From positions 120,968 through 184,967 of the forward strand of contig OZ123195.1 in assembly GCA_964204605.1 (NCBI GenBank): DNA of 64,000 bases. Reading direction: 5' to 3'. The notes under the pieces are model-generated. The model was not told the DNA's origin, made no database searches, and was given only the letters and a program-made list of their open reading frames with translations. The translations under genes and the position numbers were made by a program. Within the stretch, counting starts at the first letter, position 1; each line of letters opens with the position of its first letter. This document shows positions 29,196 to 40,046 of this stretch, in pieces. This DNA is from Bacteroidota bacterium. GTDB lineage: Bacteria; Bacteroidota; Ignavibacteria; Kapaibacteriales; UBA961.

Positions 29196-29993
29196 ATGGT
29201 CGAACTCTTTCGCATAGGATTTTTAAGTATAACTGTTGTTGATATCCTTGATATTGGCATAGTATCTTTATTGTTTTATGCACTCTACAGAGTTTTAAAG
29301 GATACAGTTGCAGTGCAAATTCTTTTAGGATTTGTACTCATACTTGCTTTTTCTGTCATAACTCAATCGTTAAATCTTAAAGCATTAAATTGGATTTTAA
29401 GGGCAATTTCTGATATATGGTTGATAGCTTTTATTATTTTATTTCAACCAGAAATTCGAAGAGTATTATTGCTGATTACAAGAACACGATTATTTAGATT
29501 ATTTGTTCGCCGTAATTTTTCTGAAACCATTGATGAAGTTATTGAAGCTGTTAATGAATTATCAGATAGGCATATGGGAGCTTTGATTGTGTTCCCCAGA
29601 ACCCAGAATATTAAAATGACAATTGATACTGGTATTTCTCTCCAAGCTTTGGTTACACGTGAACTATTGGTATCCATATTTAATCCTAAATCTCCACTAC
29701 ATGATGGTGCCGTAATTATTGAAAATCAAATTATTACAGCAGCAAGATGTGTATTACCTTTAAGTGCCATAACCAAAATTGATTCTGGAAATCTTGGAAC
29801 TAGACATCGTGCAGGATTAGGAATTTCTGAGCAGTCGGATTCTATAGTATTAATTGTTTCAGAAGAAACTGGAGCTATTTCCTTGGCAAGAGAAGGAAAT
29901 ATGATTCATAATATTAGTATAGAATTATTGCCGAATTTACTGCAATCACATCTATCATCCCGATCATATTCCGAATTACAATCCTCTTTGTAA
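29196..29993 (+). CDS. cdaA: Diadenylate cyclase (c-di-AMP synthase), membrane-anchored CdaA type
   Basis: Three N-terminal TM helices followed by a DAC domain (GALIVF, HDGAVII, GTRHRAGLGISEQSDSIVLIVSEETGAISLA). Confidence 0.9.
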   Translation: MVELFRIGFLSITVVDILDIGIVSLLFYALYRVLKDTVAVQILLGFVLILAFSVITQSLNLKALNWILRAISDIWLIAFIILFQPEIRRVLLLITRTRLFRLFVRRNFSETIDEVIEAVNELSDRHMGALIVFPRTQNIKMTIDTGISLQALVTRELLVSIFNPKSPLHDGAVIIENQIITAARCVLPLSAITKIDSGNLGTRHRAGLGISEQSDSIVLIVSEETGAISLAREGNMIHNISIELLPNLLQSHLSSRSYSELQSSL

Positions 29994-30026
29994 TGATTTC
30001 TTCATTCCTAAACATAGATTATTTAC

Positions 30027-30680
30027 GTGCATAGAGATTTTTTTATAGACGCTAGAAAACAGTTAATTATTAACCTTAAACAAAAAGGTATTGTCTCTGA
30101 AACAGTACTTAATGCAATGTTAAAGGTTCCAAGAGAACAATTTGTACCTAAAGTACTTTCTAAAAGAGCATATGAAGATATATCTTTGCCTATAGATAAG
30201 CAACAAACCATATCACAGCCATTTACAGTTGCAAGAATGACTTCATTATTGGAAGTAAAAGAAGGTGACAAAATTTTAGAAATTGGAACTGGTTCGGGAT
30301 ATCAAGCAGCAATATTAACAGAATTAGGTGCTGAAGTATATACAATAGAAAGACATTTCGAGCTCCATAATCAAGCAAGAATCTTATTAAGCACACTGTA
30401 TCCACAACATAAAATATATTCTCGATATGGAGATGGCACGATTGGTTGGAGTGAACATGCCCCTTATGCTGGAATAATTGTTACTGCAGGTGCACCTGAA
30501 ATTCCACAAACACTTCTCAATCAACTTGATATTGATGGAAAACTCATCATTCCGGTTGGAGATGAAAAAAGGCAAACTATGCATTGCGTAGTTCGCCAAG
30601 ATGAATCCTCTTTTTTAGATTATCCTTTAGATGATTATACATTTGTTCCACTTATTGGAAAAGTAGGCTGGAAAGCCTAA
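30027..30680 (+). CDS. pcm: Protein-L-isoaspartate O-methyltransferase
   Basis: TISQPFTVARM and the SAM motif ILEIGTGSGYQAAIL. GTG start. Confidence 0.9.
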   Translation: MHRDFFIDARKQLIINLKQKGIVSETVLNAMLKVPREQFVPKVLSKRAYEDISLPIDKQQTISQPFTVARMTSLLEVKEGDKILEIGTGSGYQAAILTELGAEVYTIERHFELHNQARILLSTLYPQHKIYSRYGDGTIGWSEHAPYAGIIVTAGAPEIPQTLLNQLDIDGKLIIPVGDEKRQTMHCVVRQDESSFLDYPLDDYTFVPLIGKVGWKA

Positions 30681-30689
30681 AGGTTATAT

Positions 30690-31154
30690 ATGATTATCAA
30701 AAGATCTGAACTTCCGATTTTTATTTCAGCATTAAAAGCTCAAAAGAAATCAATTGTCTTCACTAATGGATGCTTTGATATTCTGCATATTGGACACATT
30801 CACTATTTAGAAGCTGCAAAGTTATTAGGTGATATACTGATTATAGGGCTGAATTCAGATAACTCGGTATCTGAGTTAAAAGGGCCCGAAAGACCAATTA
30901 ATCAACAAGATGATAGAGCTTGTATATTATCTTCTTTGCGTGCTGTAGATGTAGTAGTTCTATTTGAAGAAAGTACACCCCTTTCATTGATTTCAGAGAT
31001 AATGCCAGATGTATTGGTAAAAGGGGGAGATTATACTTTAGACGCCATAGTTGGTGCAGATATCGTGCTTGCACATCAAGGAAAAGTTGAGATTATACCT
31101 TTTGTAGAAGGTAAATCTACTTCATCTATAATTAATAAAATTAAGAGCTTATAA
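30690..31154 (+). CDS. D-glycero-beta-D-manno-heptose 1-phosphate adenylyltransferase (stand-alone RfaE/HldE domain II)
   Basis: Cytidylyltransferase fold with [21 protein letters not shown]...LIIGLNSD.S...KG..RP. About 155 aa. Confidence 0.8.
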   Translation: MIIKRSELPIFISALKAQKKSIVFTNGCFDILHIGHIHYLEAAKLLGDILIIGLNSDNSVSELKGPERPINQQDDRACILSSLRAVDVVVLFEESTPLSLISEIMPDVLVKGGDYTLDAIVGADIVLAHQGKVEIIPFVEGKSTSSIINKIKSL

Positions 31155-32510
31155 TTCGGGATAGAATGTATTCATTAAAGCATTGATGAGCTCTAAATTC
31201 CCTTCACTATTCCATTCCTCTAAAATATTGGGAATCGATAATATCTCTTTACATAATTCCTCATTTATTCTGCCATTTTTTAAAGCTTCTGAATAGGGAA
31301 TATGGCTAAAAGTTACCATTGAATATAATGACAAGAATCGTTGTGGGTATAATTCGCTTAATATTTTTTCCACTTTCTTTGTCTTTTGAAAATAAGGATC
31401 AGCAACTAAATCCCTCATTTCTATTAAGTTGTTTAAAGCTAACTCGGCAATTGCATCGCCATTTGGTTTTCTTTTAGCAGTATACTCAGCGAACATTGAA
31501 TCCCATTCATGTTCTTGATACGCATCAAGTAATTCATGTAATACCGTGCAATCTTCAAAACCACAATTCATCCCTTGTCCATAAAATGGGACAATAGCAT
31601 GTGCTGCATCTCCAATTAATAAGACTTTATCTTTATAATGCCATGGTGAAAGCCTCATAGTAACTAAAGAGCCTGTAGGATTATTATGATAATCATCCAA
31701 TAAAGTTGGCATGAGTGATAAAGCGTCTGGAAATTGTTCTGCAAAGAAATCGAGAATTTTTTGATCTGAATCTAATGATGAAAATGAAGGAGATCCTTCA
31801 AAAGGGAAAAATAAAGTACAAGTAAAGCTTCCATCCATATTAGGAAGAGCTATCATCATATATTGTTTTCTTGGCCAAATATGTAAAGCGCTTTTTTCTA
31901 AAGCAAAACTTCCATCACTTAATGCAGGAATTCTTAATTCTTTATATCCTTGATCTATATAATATTGATGATAATTAAATCTATCTAATTTCTGCATTTT
32001 ATCTCTTATCGCAGAATATGCGCCATCGGTAGCGATAATACAATCTGATTGGATATGAACAATATTATGTGTTTCGCTATTCTCGAAACTTGCAATTGAT
32101 CTATCTAAATCAGCATCAATACATTTCATTTCAAAATGGATAGAAATATTGTCAAAAGAATCTGCACAATTCAATAATGCAATATTAATACCTCCACGAG
32201 ACACAGAATTTATGGCTTGTCCCTCTTTACCATATGCTTGATACATTTGTTCTCCATCCACTGAATGCATCATGCGGCCACTCATCGGTATAGCAACATT
32301 GAGTATATCTTGAACAATTCCGGCTCCTTCTAATCCTCTTATACCTCTGTCTGACAATGCAAGATTTATAGATCGTCCAGCATATTCGGATTCCTTTCTC
32401 ATGTCTTTGCGGCGCTCGTAAATTGTTATGTGATGTCCTTTTTTAGCTAAATAAATTGCTGCAAGGCATCCCACTGGGCCACCGCCCACAATAGTTATAT
32501 GTTTTGACAT
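31149..32510 (-). CDS. kmo: Kynurenine 3-monooxygenase (FAD-dependent)
   Basis: [12 protein letters not shown] dinucleotide fold, [12 protein letters not shown] (KMO hallmark) and [23 protein letters not shown]. The track ORF extends to 32576, but [11 protein letters not shown] (ATG at 32508-32510) is the likely start. Confidence 0.85.
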   Translation of the reverse strand: MSKHITIVGGGPVGCLAAIYLAKKGHHITIYERRKDMRKESEYAGRSINLALSDRGIRGLEGAGIVQDILNVAIPMSGRMMHSVDGEQMYQAYGKEGQAINSVSRGGINIALLNCADSFDNISIHFEMKCIDADLDRSIASFENSETHNIVHIQSDCIIATDGAYSAIRDKMQKLDRFNYHQYYIDQGYKELRIPALSDGSFALEKSALHIWPRKQYMMIALPNMDGSFTCTLFFPFEGSPSFSSLDSDQKILDFFAEQFPDALSLMPTLLDDYHNNPTGSLVTMRLSPWHYKDKVLLIGDAAHAIVPFYGQGMNCGFEDCTVLHELLDAYQEHEWDSMFAEYTAKRKPNGDAIAELALNNLIEMRDLVADPYFQKTKKVEKILSELYPQRFLSLYSMVTFSHIPYSEALKNGRINEELCKEILSIPNILEEWNSEGNLELINALMNTFYPEL

Positions 32511-32697
32511 AAAAGAATTTCCGAAAAAAGGGTATAGAATACATCGTAGAATGAGCAAAATTACTAACTCATTCATTTAGCCCAAACATTTTGATTAATT
32601 AATCTGTGAAAATGTTCAAATTGTTATGATAAGTATTCATAAATCGATAAAAAAATTGGTTATTTTCAAGTAAATTTCGCAAGTAAATGAGATCTAT

Positions 32698-33378
32698 ATG
32701 ATATTCACTTTTTTGGGCCATTCTTGTTTTACACTCAAAACAAAAGGCTTTACATTACTATTTGATCCATTCATAACTGGTAATTCATTAGCTAGCCATA
32801 TCGATATTCAATCTATACAACCTGATTTTGTTCTTTTATCGCATGCTCATGGAGATCACATAGAAGACGCTGAGGTAATTGCCAAACAAAGTGGATCTAC
32901 TATTATCGCTAATGCGGAAATTGTCCATTATTATAAGCAGAATCATAAAATAGAAGGACATCCTATGAATTCAGGAGGTTCTTGGAATTTTCCATTTGGC
33001 AAGATTATCATGACACATGCATATCATTCAAGTTCTTTTCCAGATGGTAGTTATGGGGGAAATCCCAATGGTTTTATTATCAGTAATGAAGAAGGTACTG
33101 TTTACTATTCTGGTGATACATCATTAAGTTATGATATGAAATTATTAGGAGAAAGATACTCCATAAGTACTGCAATACTTCCAATAGGTGATAATTTCAC
33201 AATGGATGCAGTTGATGCTGCTAAAGCTTGTACTTTTTTAAAGGCTAAACAATGTATAGCAGTACATTTTGATACATTTTCTTATATCAAAGTACATCAT
33301 TCATGGGTACAAAAGTGTTTTGATGAACAGTCAATCCCATTAATTCTTCCTAAAATTGGTGAATATTATGCCTTATAA
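32698..33378 (+). CDS. UPF0173-family metallo-beta-lactamase-fold hydrolase
   Basis: FLGHSCF...LLFDPF...LLSHAHGDHIEDA is typical of the YtkL/UPF0173 family. Confidence 0.8.
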   Translation: MIFTFLGHSCFTLKTKGFTLLFDPFITGNSLASHIDIQSIQPDFVLLSHAHGDHIEDAEVIAKQSGSTIIANAEIVHYYKQNHKIEGHPMNSGGSWNFPFGKIIMTHAYHSSSFPDGSYGGNPNGFIISNEEGTVYYSGDTSLSYDMKLLGERYSISTAILPIGDNFTMDAVDAAKACTFLKAKQCIAVHFDTFSYIKVHHSWVQKCFDEQSIPLILPKIGEYYAL

Positions 33379-33393
33379 TCTTGATATATAGTA

Positions 33394-34536
33394 ATGAATA
33401 ACAAAGCATTTCAGTTTATTATGCTTTACGTAACATTGATACTCAATGTTGATGTATATGCATATATCTATGATGATATGCCAATTTCATACTCAAATCG
33501 AATAGATACTGTGAATGATAAATCAGTAAAACTGTGGACGAACTATTTGCAATCAAGGCCAGATTCAATTTATGAGAATCCATTTTGGTTAGATATTGAT
33601 AGAAATGATAGGTTCTCTTTTGATCCTGCAAGAATATGGATATTTCAGAATCAAGAAATGCTAAAAACATATAAACCAATGATACTTAGTTCAGAAGAAG
33701 TATCTCCTGGTTTAACGATGATAAAAACATTATTTATTAATTCATCAGATACTTCCAAAAAGGTATCGCCATTAGCACTTTATAGAGTTTATGTTCAATT
33801 AAAAGATTCTGGATATGTTCTTAAAAGTGCTTTACAAGTAGAAACTAAATCCTGGGAATCCCGCAAGATGAATGGCTTAACATTTATCTTATCTCCTTTG
33901 CATAAATATACATCTAGCCTAGCAAGAAAATCTGCTAGATTTTGTGATTCTCTTACAGCTTTATTCGATTTGCCAGATATAGAAGACGCTAAAATTTATG
34001 TTCTTACATCAAAAGATGAATTAGCTTCTATTTTAGGATTTGATTATTTTATTGCCCCACCATTTGGGCTAACATATGCAGAAAAAGATATTGTCCTTAC
34101 AGCATTAAATTCCGAATGGCATCCACATGAATTAGCACATTTGATTTTTAGATCGTATTCTAAAACACATCGTTTTTTTCAAGAGGGTGTAGCTACATGG
34201 TGTGGGGGTAGTTTAGGACAATCCTTATTAGATTTAACAATGCTTCTAAAAAAAGAAAATGAAAAAAGGGGTCAACCTCTTTCTTTTAAAAAGGTTTTAC
34301 AAGCTGAACAAAATGAATCACTGGCTTATTATACCTATGGAGCCTTGATTTTCAAGGAAGTTTTTGAACAACACGGTGGACGCGGTGTAAAAAATGTGCT
34401 TATTGAAGGTGAAAATAATAATAAATCTATAGAAGAGATTATAGCTAATGCATTAGGGATATCAGTTTCTGACATTGATGATTTCCTTCAAAAGTCATTA
34501 TATTTATTCATTAAAAACAATACTATAAATTATTAA
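33394..34536 (+). CDS. Secreted putative zinc metallopeptidase (MA clan, Peptidase_MA_2-like)
   Basis: Signal peptide. HELAH followed by FFQEGVATW resembles HExxH...EG.A of MA(E)-type peptidases. Confidence 0.5.
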   Translation: MNNKAFQFIMLYVTLILNVDVYAYIYDDMPISYSNRIDTVNDKSVKLWTNYLQSRPDSIYENPFWLDIDRNDRFSFDPARIWIFQNQEMLKTYKPMILSSEEVSPGLTMIKTLFINSSDTSKKVSPLALYRVYVQLKDSGYVLKSALQVETKSWESRKMNGLTFILSPLHKYTSSLARKSARFCDSLTALFDLPDIEDAKIYVLTSKDELASILGFDYFIAPPFGLTYAEKDIVLTALNSEWHPHELAHLIFRSYSKTHRFFQEGVATWCGGSLGQSLLDLTMLLKKENEKRGQPLSFKKVLQAEQNESLAYYTYGALIFKEVFEQHGGRGVKNVLIEGENNNKSIEEIIANALGISVSDIDDFLQKSLYLFIKNNTINY

Positions 34537-34547
34537 GGAAATATATT

Positions 34548-35435
34548 ATGCTTACTTCCATATATGGTACCATAACGGCTTTAGTTACTCCTATGAATTC
34601 GGATGGATCTCCTGATTTTTCCTCATTGAAAAAAATAATTGATTATCAGATTGTTAATGGAATTAATGCAATTGTTCCTTGTGGTTCTACAGGTGAAAGT
34701 GCAACTATGAGTTTTGATGAAAAATGTGAAATCATACGTTTTACAATTGAATATGCTAATGGTAAAATCCCTGTCATTGCCGGGACTGGGTCTCATGATA
34801 CAAAAGCAGCAATTGAACTAACAAAAAAAGCAGCTGAATATGGTGCTGATGCTGTTCTTTTAGTTTCGCCATATTATAATAAGCCCACACAAAGAGGTTT
34901 AATTGCCCATTTCTCTGCTATAGCAGAAGCCTGTAGTATTCCACAAATCTTATATAATGTGCCAGGTAGAACTGCTCAAAATATGGAAGCAGAAACTCAA
35001 TTAGCATTAGCCGAAGCATATCCTCATATCATAGCAACAAAAGAAGCGAGTGCTAATGTAGAACAGATGATGCAGATAATAAAGCATTCTCCAAAGAACT
35101 TTTCTGTCCTTGCTGGAGATGATTCTCTTGCATTGCCAATAATAGCTTCCGGGGGAAAAGGTGTAATTTCTGTGATGTCAAATTATGCTCCTAAGCAATT
35201 TGGAGATATGATTAATGCTTGTTTACGGGGAGATTTCGAGCTGGCTAGGAAGATGCATTTTCAATTATTTGATTTAATGAGATTGAATTTTATCGAAACT
35301 AATCCAATTCCAGTAAAGGGTATTCTTTCTATGTTAGGTTTTTGTCAAGAACATTATCGATTGCCTATGCAACCTTTATTGTCTTCAAATAAAGAGATAT
35401 TAAAAAAAGCCTTACTTGATGCTGGATTGATATAA
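34548..35435 (+). CDS. dapA: 4-hydroxy-tetrahydrodipicolinate synthase
   Basis: TALVTPM...VPCGSTGE...YYNKPTQ...IIATKEAS (Schiff-base Lys). Confidence 0.95.
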   Translation: MLTSIYGTITALVTPMNSDGSPDFSSLKKIIDYQIVNGINAIVPCGSTGESATMSFDEKCEIIRFTIEYANGKIPVIAGTGSHDTKAAIELTKKAAEYGADAVLLVSPYYNKPTQRGLIAHFSAIAEACSIPQILYNVPGRTAQNMEAETQLALAEAYPHIIATKEASANVEQMMQIIKHSPKNFSVLAGDDSLALPIIASGGKGVISVMSNYAPKQFGDMINACLRGDFELARKMHFQLFDLMRLNFIETNPIPVKGILSMLGFCQEHYRLPMQPLLSSNKEILKKALLDAGLI

Positions 35436-35474
35436 AAAAAGCCTCTTCACATAATGAAGAGGCTTTACTTTTTG
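35434..35474. terminator. Bidirectional intrinsic terminator between convergent dapA and groEL
   Basis: Perfect 9-bp stem GCCTCTTCA/TGAAGAGGC (35441-35449 / 35455-35463) with a 5-nt loop, an A-run upstream and a T-rich tract downstream. Confidence 0.85.
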
Positions 35475-35484
35475 TTAGTATGGA

Positions 35485-37134
<1,650 letters not shown>

Positions 37135-37149
37135 TTAAAATAGTTGTGT

Positions 37150-37437
37150 TTAGCTTAATACAGCAAAAATATCAGACTCACGCATAATCAATAAGTCTTC
37201 ACCACTAACACTTACTTCAGTACCAGAATACTTTCCGTATAATACTGAGTCGCCAACTTTTACTTGTAATGTTACAAGTTTTCCATCTTCAGTTGTCTTA
37301 CCAGGGCCAGCTGCAATAATCTCGCCTTGCATTGGTTTCTCTTTTGCTGTGTCTGGAATAATAATACCACCAGAAGTTACTTCTTCAGGCTTTGATGGGC
37401 GCACTAATACTCTGTCGTGCAAAGGTGTTAAGTTCAT
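37150..37437 (-). CDS. groS: Co-chaperonin GroES
   Basis: 95 aa, L.PL.DRVLV...[19 protein letters not shown]. Confidence 0.97.
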   Translation of the reverse strand: MNLTPLHDRVLVRPSKPEEVTSGGIIIPDTAKEKPMQGEIIAAGPGKTTEDGKLVTLQVKVGDSVLYGKYSGTEVSVSGEDLLIMRESDIFAVLS

Positions 37438-37486
37438 ATAATCCTCGTAAATAAAAAAATATAGAAAAATATAATGTGAAAATTAA

Positions 37487-37513
37487 CTAGCACTCATGTC
37501 CCTAGAGTGCTAA
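37487..37513 (-). promoter_or_regulatory. CIRCE operator (HrcA binding site) upstream of groES-groEL
   Basis: The minus strand reads TTAGCACTC-TAGGGACAT-GAGTGCTAG, versus consensus TTAGCACTC-N9-GAGTGCTAA (17/18 arm positions). It lies about 50 nt upstream of the groES ATG. Confidence 0.85.
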
Positions 37514-37661
37514 TGAAGAGTTTTGACGCATTAGATGAGGATATTATTGTATGAAGAAAAAAAAACAGAAAATTTAGAGAGATGAAAGTAAATAGTAGGC
37601 AGATGTAATCTTAAGATTCTGTAGATTTGTTTATACATCGAAACCAAGTCAGGAGAGGCAC

Positions 37662-38861
37662 ATGGAAGACTTATCATCTGATTTAGATTCAGAAAAAACA
37701 ATGAATACAGCACTTAATAATGCTATCACATCTATGTGGGATAGTTTAAGGAAGTATGAAGAGTCATATAGGGAGTTAAAAACCGAGAATGCAAGCAATC
37801 AATCAAAGCTTCAGGAGTTAAAGAAAGGGTTACATTCAAAATATAATGAATACCGAAAAGCTATAGCTAATAGATCTGAATTGCTTGCAGAAATCGCATT
37901 GTATAAAGACACTTTATCTCAGTCAGATAAGGTTAAGAAGCAATTGGATTCCTCTACTTCAGAGCTCATCCAATTGAAGAGACATAATGCTAAGTTAAAA
38001 GAAGAATCAGGTATTATACAGGATCAATTACAAGTTCTTCAAGGAAATTTAGCTTCAATTGATAGTATGTATGTTGCGTATAAAAAAGTATATTCATCAA
38101 TGTTAAAGAATGTTTTAGACATTATAGAATTACCAGAAACAGAAGAAGACATCATTAAAGTAAGTGAGAAGCTTTTAGATATATACGCTGAAAAGTCATT
38201 AGCAAAAACAGATAATTCAGAAGAAATATTTGTATTGCAAGCTGAGATATTTGCTTTGAAATCAAAACTCACTAATAATGTTACAAAAGATGAAGAGATC
38301 ATTGAGTTAAGAAAATCAGTAGAAATTGCAATTTATGAGCGTAATAAATTACAGAAGATGATAGATGATACTTCTTACAATTCGGATGCTCTTGATAGGA
38401 TACCAACCGATGAAAAAGATGCAGAGATTAAGGATTTACATTTGCAAATAGAGGTTAATGTAAATCAGATTGAAAATCTTAAGAATCAGATGAAAGATGC
38501 AGAGAAAGATCTTGATGATCAAAAAACGACAATACAAGGATTAAGGGAACAATTAATTACATTAAAAGAGCTGAGTCCAGAAGCTGATATGAGAAGGTCT
38601 ACTTTAGAATCTTCCCTAGAAAAGTACAGACAAGAATCTTTACAAAAAGATATTAGAATCAAAGAATTGAATGTAGAAATATTAGAAAAGGAAGATCATA
38701 TAGATTTCTTGAAATCTTCTTTACAATCTATTGATACAGAATTATTAATGACTCTTCAATCAGAAAATACTTCATTAAAAAAAGAAAGAGAGTCTTTAGC
38801 AAGCTCATTAGAAGCAGTTACAAAAAAATTGGATAAGATTTCTAAGCAATCAAGCAGATAA
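37662..38861 (+). CDS. Hypothetical coiled-coil protein
   Basis: 399 aa, rich in E/K/L/Q/S with heptad-like periodicity throughout. No TM segment or signal peptide. The start could be the downstream Met at MNTALNN. Confidence 0.55.
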   Translation: MEDLSSDLDSEKTMNTALNNAITSMWDSLRKYEESYRELKTENASNQSKLQELKKGLHSKYNEYRKAIANRSELLAEIALYKDTLSQSDKVKKQLDSSTSELIQLKRHNAKLKEESGIIQDQLQVLQGNLASIDSMYVAYKKVYSSMLKNVLDIIELPETEEDIIKVSEKLLDIYAEKSLAKTDNSEEIFVLQAEIFALKSKLTNNVTKDEEIIELRKSVEIAIYERNKLQKMIDDTSYNSDALDRIPTDEKDAEIKDLHLQIEVNVNQIENLKNQMKDAEKDLDDQKTTIQGLREQLITLKELSPEADMRRSTLESSLEKYRQESLQKDIRIKELNVEILEKEDHIDFLKSSLQSIDTELLMTLQSENTSLKKERESLASSLEAVTKKLDKISKQSSR

Positions 38862-38872
38862 GTACTTAAAGG

Positions 38873-39970
38873 ATGATAATGAAAAAAACAAATTTCCAAG
38901 AACTTCACCTTCAATATAATGCAAAGATGGTATCTTTTGCAGGTTTTGAAATGCCTATACAATATCCAACTGGCATCTTAGCGGAACACATAGCAGTGCG
39001 AACCAATGTTGGAGTTTTTGATGTGTCTCATATGGGTGAAGTAGAAGTTCGTGGTAGTCAAGCTTTAGAATTTATTCAGAAGATTTCAATCAATGATGCA
39101 TCTAAGCTTTCAATAGGAAAAGCCCAATATTCTGCTATGTGTTATCAGGATGGCGGAATTGTTGATGATATGCTTGTATATTATCGGGGTGAAAACTATT
39201 ATATGTTGGTTATAAATGGTGCTTGCGCAGAAAAGGATATAGCCTGGATGCATGAGCAGGTAAAAGAATTTAACGATGTAGACTTAAAAGATATTAGCGA
39301 TGAAATTAATTTATTAGCAGTACAAGGTCCAAAATCCATTGAAACCTTGCAGAAATTAACAGATACTAATTTATCAGACATTCCATATTATGGCTTTGCA
39401 GATGGTATGTGGGCTGGAATACCAATGATTTTATCTAGAACTGGATATACAGGTGAACTTGGTTTTGAACTCTATTTTCGTGGTGATGAAACAGTTTGTG
39501 CTTCTGTTTGGCATGCTTTATTTGATGCGGGTAAGGAATATGGAATTTTACCAATTGGTTTAGGCGCCCGTGATACCCTTAGATTAGAAAAAGGATATTG
39601 TCTGTATGGTAATGATATTGATAATACAACTAATCCATTGGAAGCTGGGCTTGGATGGATAACAAAACTTGCAAAAGGTTCATTTAATGGTTCTGATATC
39701 ATTGCATCAGTGAAAGAGCAGGGCGTTTCAAGAAGATTAGTAGCATTTAAAGTATTGGCTGATAAATTTATTGCAAGACAACATTATCCTATTCATCATA
39801 ATGGTGAAATAGTTGGTGAAGTAACAAGTGGCAATATTTCTCCAATTCTGAGTTATGGAATTGGAATGGGATATGTTCCTGTATTATTATCAATGCCAGG
39901 GTCAATTATTCAGATTGCTGCTAGGGGTAAGGAATTTGATGCCGAAATAATAAAATTACCATTTGTGTAA
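38873..39970 (+). CDS. gcvT: Glycine cleavage system aminomethyltransferase (T protein)
   Basis: [10 protein letters not shown]...[11 protein letters not shown]...[10 protein letters not shown]...NPLEAGL. Confidence 0.95.
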   Translation: MIMKKTNFQELHLQYNAKMVSFAGFEMPIQYPTGILAEHIAVRTNVGVFDVSHMGEVEVRGSQALEFIQKISINDASKLSIGKAQYSAMCYQDGGIVDDMLVYYRGENYYMLVINGACAEKDIAWMHEQVKEFNDVDLKDISDEINLLAVQGPKSIETLQKLTDTNLSDIPYYGFADGMWAGIPMILSRTGYTGELGFELYFRGDETVCASVWHALFDAGKEYGILPIGLGARDTLRLEKGYCLYGNDIDNTTNPLEAGLGWITKLAKGSFNGSDIIASVKEQGVSRRLVAFKVLADKFIARQHYPIHHNGEIVGEVTSGNISPILSYGIGMGYVPVLLSMPGSIIQIAARGKEFDAEIIKLPFV

Positions 39971-39982
39971 AAAATATTAACT

Positions 39983-40027
39983 AAAAAAAAGCCCTTCTGA
40001 TGATATTCAGAAGGGCTTTTTTGTTTT
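39983..40027. terminator. Bidirectional intrinsic terminator between convergent gcvT and the T9SS cargo gene
   Basis: Perfect 10-bp stem GCCCTTCTGA/TCAGAAGGGC (39991-40000 / 40007-40016), flanked by A8 and a T-run. Confidence 0.9.
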
Positions 40028-40046
40028 TCGAGAACTTGATTGTATA

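Noticed and set aside
32511-32576. N-terminal extensions of KMO (to 32576) and of the BNR protein (to 55065) in the ORF track
   Set aside because: In both cases an internal Met immediately precedes the expected feature: the GGGPVG dinucleotide fold and a signal peptide, respectively. The extensions look non-native.
38862-38872. Glycine riboswitch upstream of gcvT
   Set aside because: Only 11 nt separate gcvT from the upstream coiled-coil ORF, leaving no room for an aptamer.
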